DNA of 64,000 bases. It comes from the human T2T-CHM13v2.0 reference genome, Homo sapiens. Below, piece by piece: positions 55,946-64,000 of this stretch. The position numbers were made by a program, and so were the translations under genes. Numbering within the stretch: the stretch's first letter is position 1; every line of letters begins with the position of its first letter. Below the pieces are notes generated by a model. The model had not been told where the DNA came from. It saw nothing but the letters and a program-made list of their open reading frames with translations, and searched no databases. The DNA lies in assembly GCF_009914755.1 (NCBI RefSeq), contig NC_060926.1; one strand, 5' to 3'.

Positions 55946-57289
55946 ATAATAACATTGGCTGATATTCAAAATGAGAAGCTTTACTCTGTATTTCAGTGGT
56001 TCTTTAAAAATTAGTGTGATGTAACAGTGTCTAATAAACTGAAAAAACAAAAGCGAACTAATTTGCTAGTGATCCCAAATTTTAAAAACAAACAAACAAA
56101 ACCCACAAACTTATGAAATGCATAATTGCATTCAGTTTGTTAGACATTAAAGCAGGATTCGCATGTTATCTCTGGCTGGTGCTGTGCATTGTTACACTTT
56201 GCTTTTATTTTAGCAATGCATTTAAAAATTACAAATAGATTCATGTTTTCAAACCATAGCTGTGTCAGACACATTTATTACTGTCTGTGAAGCAAGAGTT
56301 TTTATTTGAATAATGCGTCATCATTTTCACATGCCAGATGTACTGTTGCTTTAAAGTGTTTCCAGAGAAATAAGTCATGAGTTTGTAACTTACTTTATGC
56401 AGGAGAAAACAGCTTCTGTTTACCATAATTTCCTCTTGTAGCATTAAATGAAAAGAAGTAATATTTGTTATAACAGCAGGGGTTAGCCTTTTGATAAAAA
56501 GGGTATTTTATTTAAAAAAAAATCTGCTGAATAATTGCCAGGAGAGTCATTTTCACATCATGGGAGTAGAGAGGTAGCTTCCCAAATGGTTTGAAGCAAA
56601 GAACAACTCATCTTAGAGAGTTCACAGCTGGAGTAATTCCAACAGTGAATGATAAACTTGCTTGATATGACACAGTGGGCAGCTGGTAGAAAAAGTGATA
56701 TTGATTTTAAATGTGATGGTAACTTCTTATTTAAGGATTTTAATAATAACAATACTTTAAATATAGTTCTTCCTAGTTTTCCAAGATATTCAAATTAATT
56801 TTTATGTCTTCATTAATTCTGGAATAAAATTGTATGCAGTAAGTAGAAAGTAAATACTAGATTTTCTTTTCAAAAAGAGGCAAGGTGAGCTCAAATATTG
56901 CCACTACTCTTCCAAAGGCAACAAACAAATCCATTACGGGAATTAATTTCAGGCATGAGCAATTTCCTGAAATTAAGTCAATCTCTTCAGAAACACACTG
57001 TAAACACCATTTAGATAGTCTTACTACTTTTTTTCCCATTAATGCTTGATCTTGCATTCAGTGTGGTATTCCAAATCTACATATATATTCACATTAAAAC
57101 CAACTGATTCAATAACATCACAAGAATTCCTTAGAGTTTTTTATTTGAATAATGCCTCATATTCAAATATAAAATGGATTGTTTTAAAGCTTTTAAACAA
57201 AAATAAATTATATGCTGGAAAAATACTTTATAACACAAAATTGCATCCATCTACATACAAAAGAGTCCAGAGAGAAAGGCGAGGATCTT

Positions 57290-60392
<3,103 letters not shown>

Positions 60393-60899
60393 ACCAATTT
60401 AAAATGTAGAGTATAATGTTGCCTTTTCAAAATGTGGGCAAGTACAAACATAAAATGAAATTCCAGCGATAACTCAGTTACATTATTTCTCTACTTACTG
60501 AGTAAAAAGAATTCTGAATTTTATATCTGTTAAGAATTTTTTTAATTGTCAGAATTATGCGAGGATGTGAAAATGTTAGGTTCACAATAAGGGAGTGAAA
60601 GAATTTGCCCGACAGAAACAATTATACTACATTTTAATTAAAATGCAAAAGAATTATTTATCATCAATGATCTTAATAAATTACAATAATTTTATTTGCA
60701 AGTTTTATCATCCCCTCACCATAATGGTTATAGACACACTGATACGGCCTGTGCTTTTAGTCAAAATTACTCTAATACTTGGCACAATCAACCTGATAGA
60801 TATGAATTCACCTAAAAAATTTCTTAAGAGAAAATCTAAATATCTAATAATTAAGAATATATAATTTTATAAGGGTCATAAAGAATGAGTACTAGTTCA

Positions 60900-61690
60900 T
60901 ATCAGATCTTTATATCTGGTCTAAGATGAAAACTGCGCAAGTTTAAAGCTATTGCAGGCATATATTTTTGAAGGGTATCATTGAGATTCACCTTGCTTTC
61001 TCTCATACTCCACATCCACAGGACCTGCAGATCCTGTTCCCTCTTCCTCCAAGATTCATTTAGCATCCAATTCCTTTCTTGCCATCCTGATATAAGGTAC
61101 AATCAGCTGCCCCCAGAATTACTGCCATGCTATTCTAAGTGGTTTTCCTCATTCTGCCTTTGCTTCCTATGTTCAGTTATCAACAGAGAACTTCAAGGAT
61201 ACCTTTAAAATGTGAGTCAGGTCATGCCATTTCTCTGCTCAGAAGCCTCCAATGTTTTATCATCTCAATCAGAGAAAAAGCGAAGTTCTTAAAATGTCCT
61301 ACAAGGTATGACCTGGCCATCTGCTACCTGTCTGACCACCTCGCCTCCTACAACTCTCTTGATCACTTTATCCAGCCACATGAGCCTCTTGACTATTCTT
61401 TACGACAACAAGCATGCTCCTGATTCGGAACCTTTGTACTTGCTATGTGTTCTGCATTGAACACACTTCTTAAAAATAGATGTGTGGTTCTCCTTTTTTG
61501 CCCCTTTCAGGTGTCTCTGCTCAAAGGTCAACTTATCATTGAAGCCTTCTCTGATTACTTTATTTAAGATAGCTCTATCTCCCTCACACTGCCATTAAAA
61601 AAATAAAACTCCATGACACTTAACACAATGTGATGCATTTTACTTGGTTATTTACTGAATGTCTCCTATATTCTCCCATAACAAATATGT
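60900..61690 (+). mobile_element. L2 fragment
   Basis: 'ccacatccacaggacctgcagatcctgtt...cctttaaaatgtgagtcaggtcatgccatttctctgctcagaagcctccaatg...acctttgtacttgctatg'. Confidence 0.85.
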
Positions 61691-62132
61691 TTGTTTACTA
61701 AATATCTCCCATAAAAACACACATAAAAATAGTATCTACCAAATATTCACATAACTTCCAGCAGCATCATTCTTTTTATATGGATTAGAATTGAGCCATC
61801 AGCCCCTTTAAATTGTTCTAGAAGGTAGTCACTATGAATTCAACTCTTCAAAGAAGTACTTTGCCAAACACAACTTCTCTTTAAACTTCTATATCTTTTC
61901 CCTTTCCTCCATCCACATTCATTATAGAACATTGAGATATATTGAAAACAAAACAAACAACAACTATTTATTTAAAAGTCTTGAAAACTGAGCAACTCTA
62001 AAGGGAATAAAACATTTAGAATTCATTTGAAGCAATAAAGGCAATATAAAATTACTTAATTTGATAAACTGTATTTAATAAAATATGTTTGCTCTACATA
62101 CTGGCAAAAAACATGTTTGTTTAGGGCTTGAT

Positions 62133-62282
62133 TGTATATATGTTTACTGTACACATATATACTGTACACATATATGTACACATATACTGTACACATACTG
62201 TACACATATATGTACACATACTGTACACATACTGTACACATATATGTACACATATATGTGTGCATGTGTGTGTATGTGTGTA
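62133..62282. repeat. Degenerate tandem repeat (tactgtacacata/tatgtacacata) ending in (TG)n
   Basis: Repeated gtacacata units. Confidence 0.92.
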
Positions 62283-62396
62283 CTGCATTTAGGGCACCCA
62301 GAAATCACAAGGATTTGAAAAGATTATTACCATTTTAAAGATCAGGAATATTCTTTTCAGAGATTAATCTGGAGATTAATGTGTTACAATCTGGAG

Positions 62397-63060
62397 AGGA
62401 AACAACAGATGCTGGAGAGGTTGTGGAGAAATAGGAACACTTTTACACTGTTGCTGGGAGTGTAAATTAGTTCAACCATTGTGGAAGACAATGTGGCGAT
62501 TCCTCAAGGATCTAGAACCAGAAATACCATTTGACCCAGCCATCCCATTCCTGGGTATATACCTAAAGGATTATAAATCATGCTGCTATAAAGACACATG
62601 CACATGTATGTTTATTGTGGCACTGTTCACAATAGCAAAGACTTGGAACCAACCCAAATGCCCATCAATGATAAACTGGATAAAGAAAATGTGGCACATA
62701 TACACCATGGAATACTACGCAGCCATAAAAAGTGATGAGTTCATGTCCTTTGCAGGGACATGGATGAAGCTGGAAACCATCATTTCAGCAAACTAAAACA
62801 AGAACAGAAAAGCAAACACCGCATGTTCTCACTCATAAGTGGGAGTTGAACAATGAGAACACATGGACACAGGGAGGGGAACATCACACACTGGGGCCTG
62901 TTGGAGGGTGGAGGCCTAGGGGAAGGAGAGCATTAGGAAACATACCTAATGTAGATGACAGGTTGATGGGTGCAGCAAACCACCATGGAACAAACCTGGA
63001 AGTTCTGCACATGTATCCCAGAAGTTAACATATAATAAAAAAAAATAAAAAAAAAAATAA
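62397..63060 (+). mobile_element. 5'-truncated L1PA7/8-like 3' end
   Basis: ORF 62479-62796 matches the L1 ORF2 C-terminus (EIPFDPAIP...WNQPKCPS...YTMEYYAAIK); 3' UTR 'gggtgcagcaaaccaccatgg'; aataaa and A-tail. Confidence 0.93.
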
Positions 63061-63249
63061 TCAGAGCGAGAATTTGAATCCTGTCTTTCTCTATCCAAAG
63101 TGCTTTCATTTTGCTGCTGCTACTATGCTGCTCCTTAGTAATGAGTTTTTGAAAATTGGGAGTGGTGCTGACAATTTCATAATCCATCATAATAAAAATA
63201 AAGTAAGCATTTTTATTATTTTCCATAACTGAAAAAATTGGAAACAGTA

Positions 63250-63720
63250 AATAAACATAAAACTGTTGGTCTTAATAATTAAAATAATTTAAATTTAAGA
63301 CACTGGATACATTTTTAATGATAATATTCAGTGGTGGCCACAGTTCAGTGAAAAGATAGTTTGTTTCTGCTTCCAACAGTTATAAAAAGAACTATCTTTT
63401 GGAGGTCAAATTGGCAATGTATAAATGTATATCAAGAATGTATTCTAAACGTTAATATTTTTTACTCAGTAAGTCAACTCCTGAGATTATATTCTAAGAA
63501 TCATCACATAATTCTACATAAGGTATGTTCATTACATTTATAAAATAACAAAAAAATTGGTAATATCTTCAGTGCAAATGAGTAAACAATGATCACTATG
63601 GAAATTCCATATGAAGAAATTTTATTTAGCTTTAATGTCATGATTTCATGGAATTTCATAACATAATAAATGTTTTTGATATAATCTTAACTAATAGTAA
63701 CAATTTATAAAATTATATTA
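63250..63720 (+). mobile_element. Ancient L1ME-like fragment
   Basis: 'ctttttggaggtcaaattggcaatgtata...tttttactcagtaagtcaactcctgagattatattctaag'. Confidence 0.55.
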
Positions 63721-64000
63721 TGCCATATCATTTCTATTTTCTGTTAAGTCTGTTCCTTTCTGTATGTGACTGGAAGTCAGAAAGTTAGTTTACAGCCTCT
63801 TCGTGTTGACAGTGTTTATCTCTGGTGTTGCATCTAAGCAGTAATAAGTTCACTGAGTAATGGGGAAGAGAAGGGGAGGCAAGACTGATTATCTTCATTT
63901 GTCCCCAAAGGAGGTCCCATAAGAAGACTGAGAAGTAATTATTGTTCCAAAATAAGCAACTCCCCAGGATAAGCACCAAAAGGAAGTATTCAAGTTCTTA

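Noticed and set aside
62056-62338. Tyr/Thr/His/Cys-rich ORFs
   Set aside because: Translations of the gtacacata tandem repeat.
62360-62400. Repeated aatctggaga motifs at the L1PA 5' junction as a TSD or template switch
   Set aside because: No convincing matching copy after the A-tail; too short to interpret.

Overview
AT-rich, CpG-poor primate (very likely human) intergenic or deep-intronic DNA, about two-thirds recognisable transposon debris. It holds old L1M/L1MA/L1MC and HAL1 remnants, a near full-length L1PA16-like element, a 5'-inverted L1PB1, short L1PA 3' ends, seven Alus, MaLR/ERVL/ERV1 LTRs (MLT1, MLT2, THE1 including a two-LTR provirus, MER52A), an ancient ERVL pol relic, MER58C and MER44B DNA transposons, L2/MIR fragments and microsatellites. 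I found no protein-coding gene, RNA gene or CpG island, and no novel gene system. The ORFs I examined are repeat-derived or look like chance ORFs. The noteworthy signals are structural: (1) a ~192-bp, ~95%-identical inverted copy of an ancient L1 segment pasted into a younger L1 1 kb away; (2) a twin-primed L1PB1 nested in an L1MA that itself looks 5'-inverted; (3) one target site hit by two Alus; (4) a perfect 66-bp duplication inside an old L1; (5) an AluJ with an inverted 5' piece; (6) a repeated POU/FOX-like motif in unique sequence at 56-57 kb. Subfamily names come from my recall of consensus sequences, not a database search, and boundaries of old elements are approximate.
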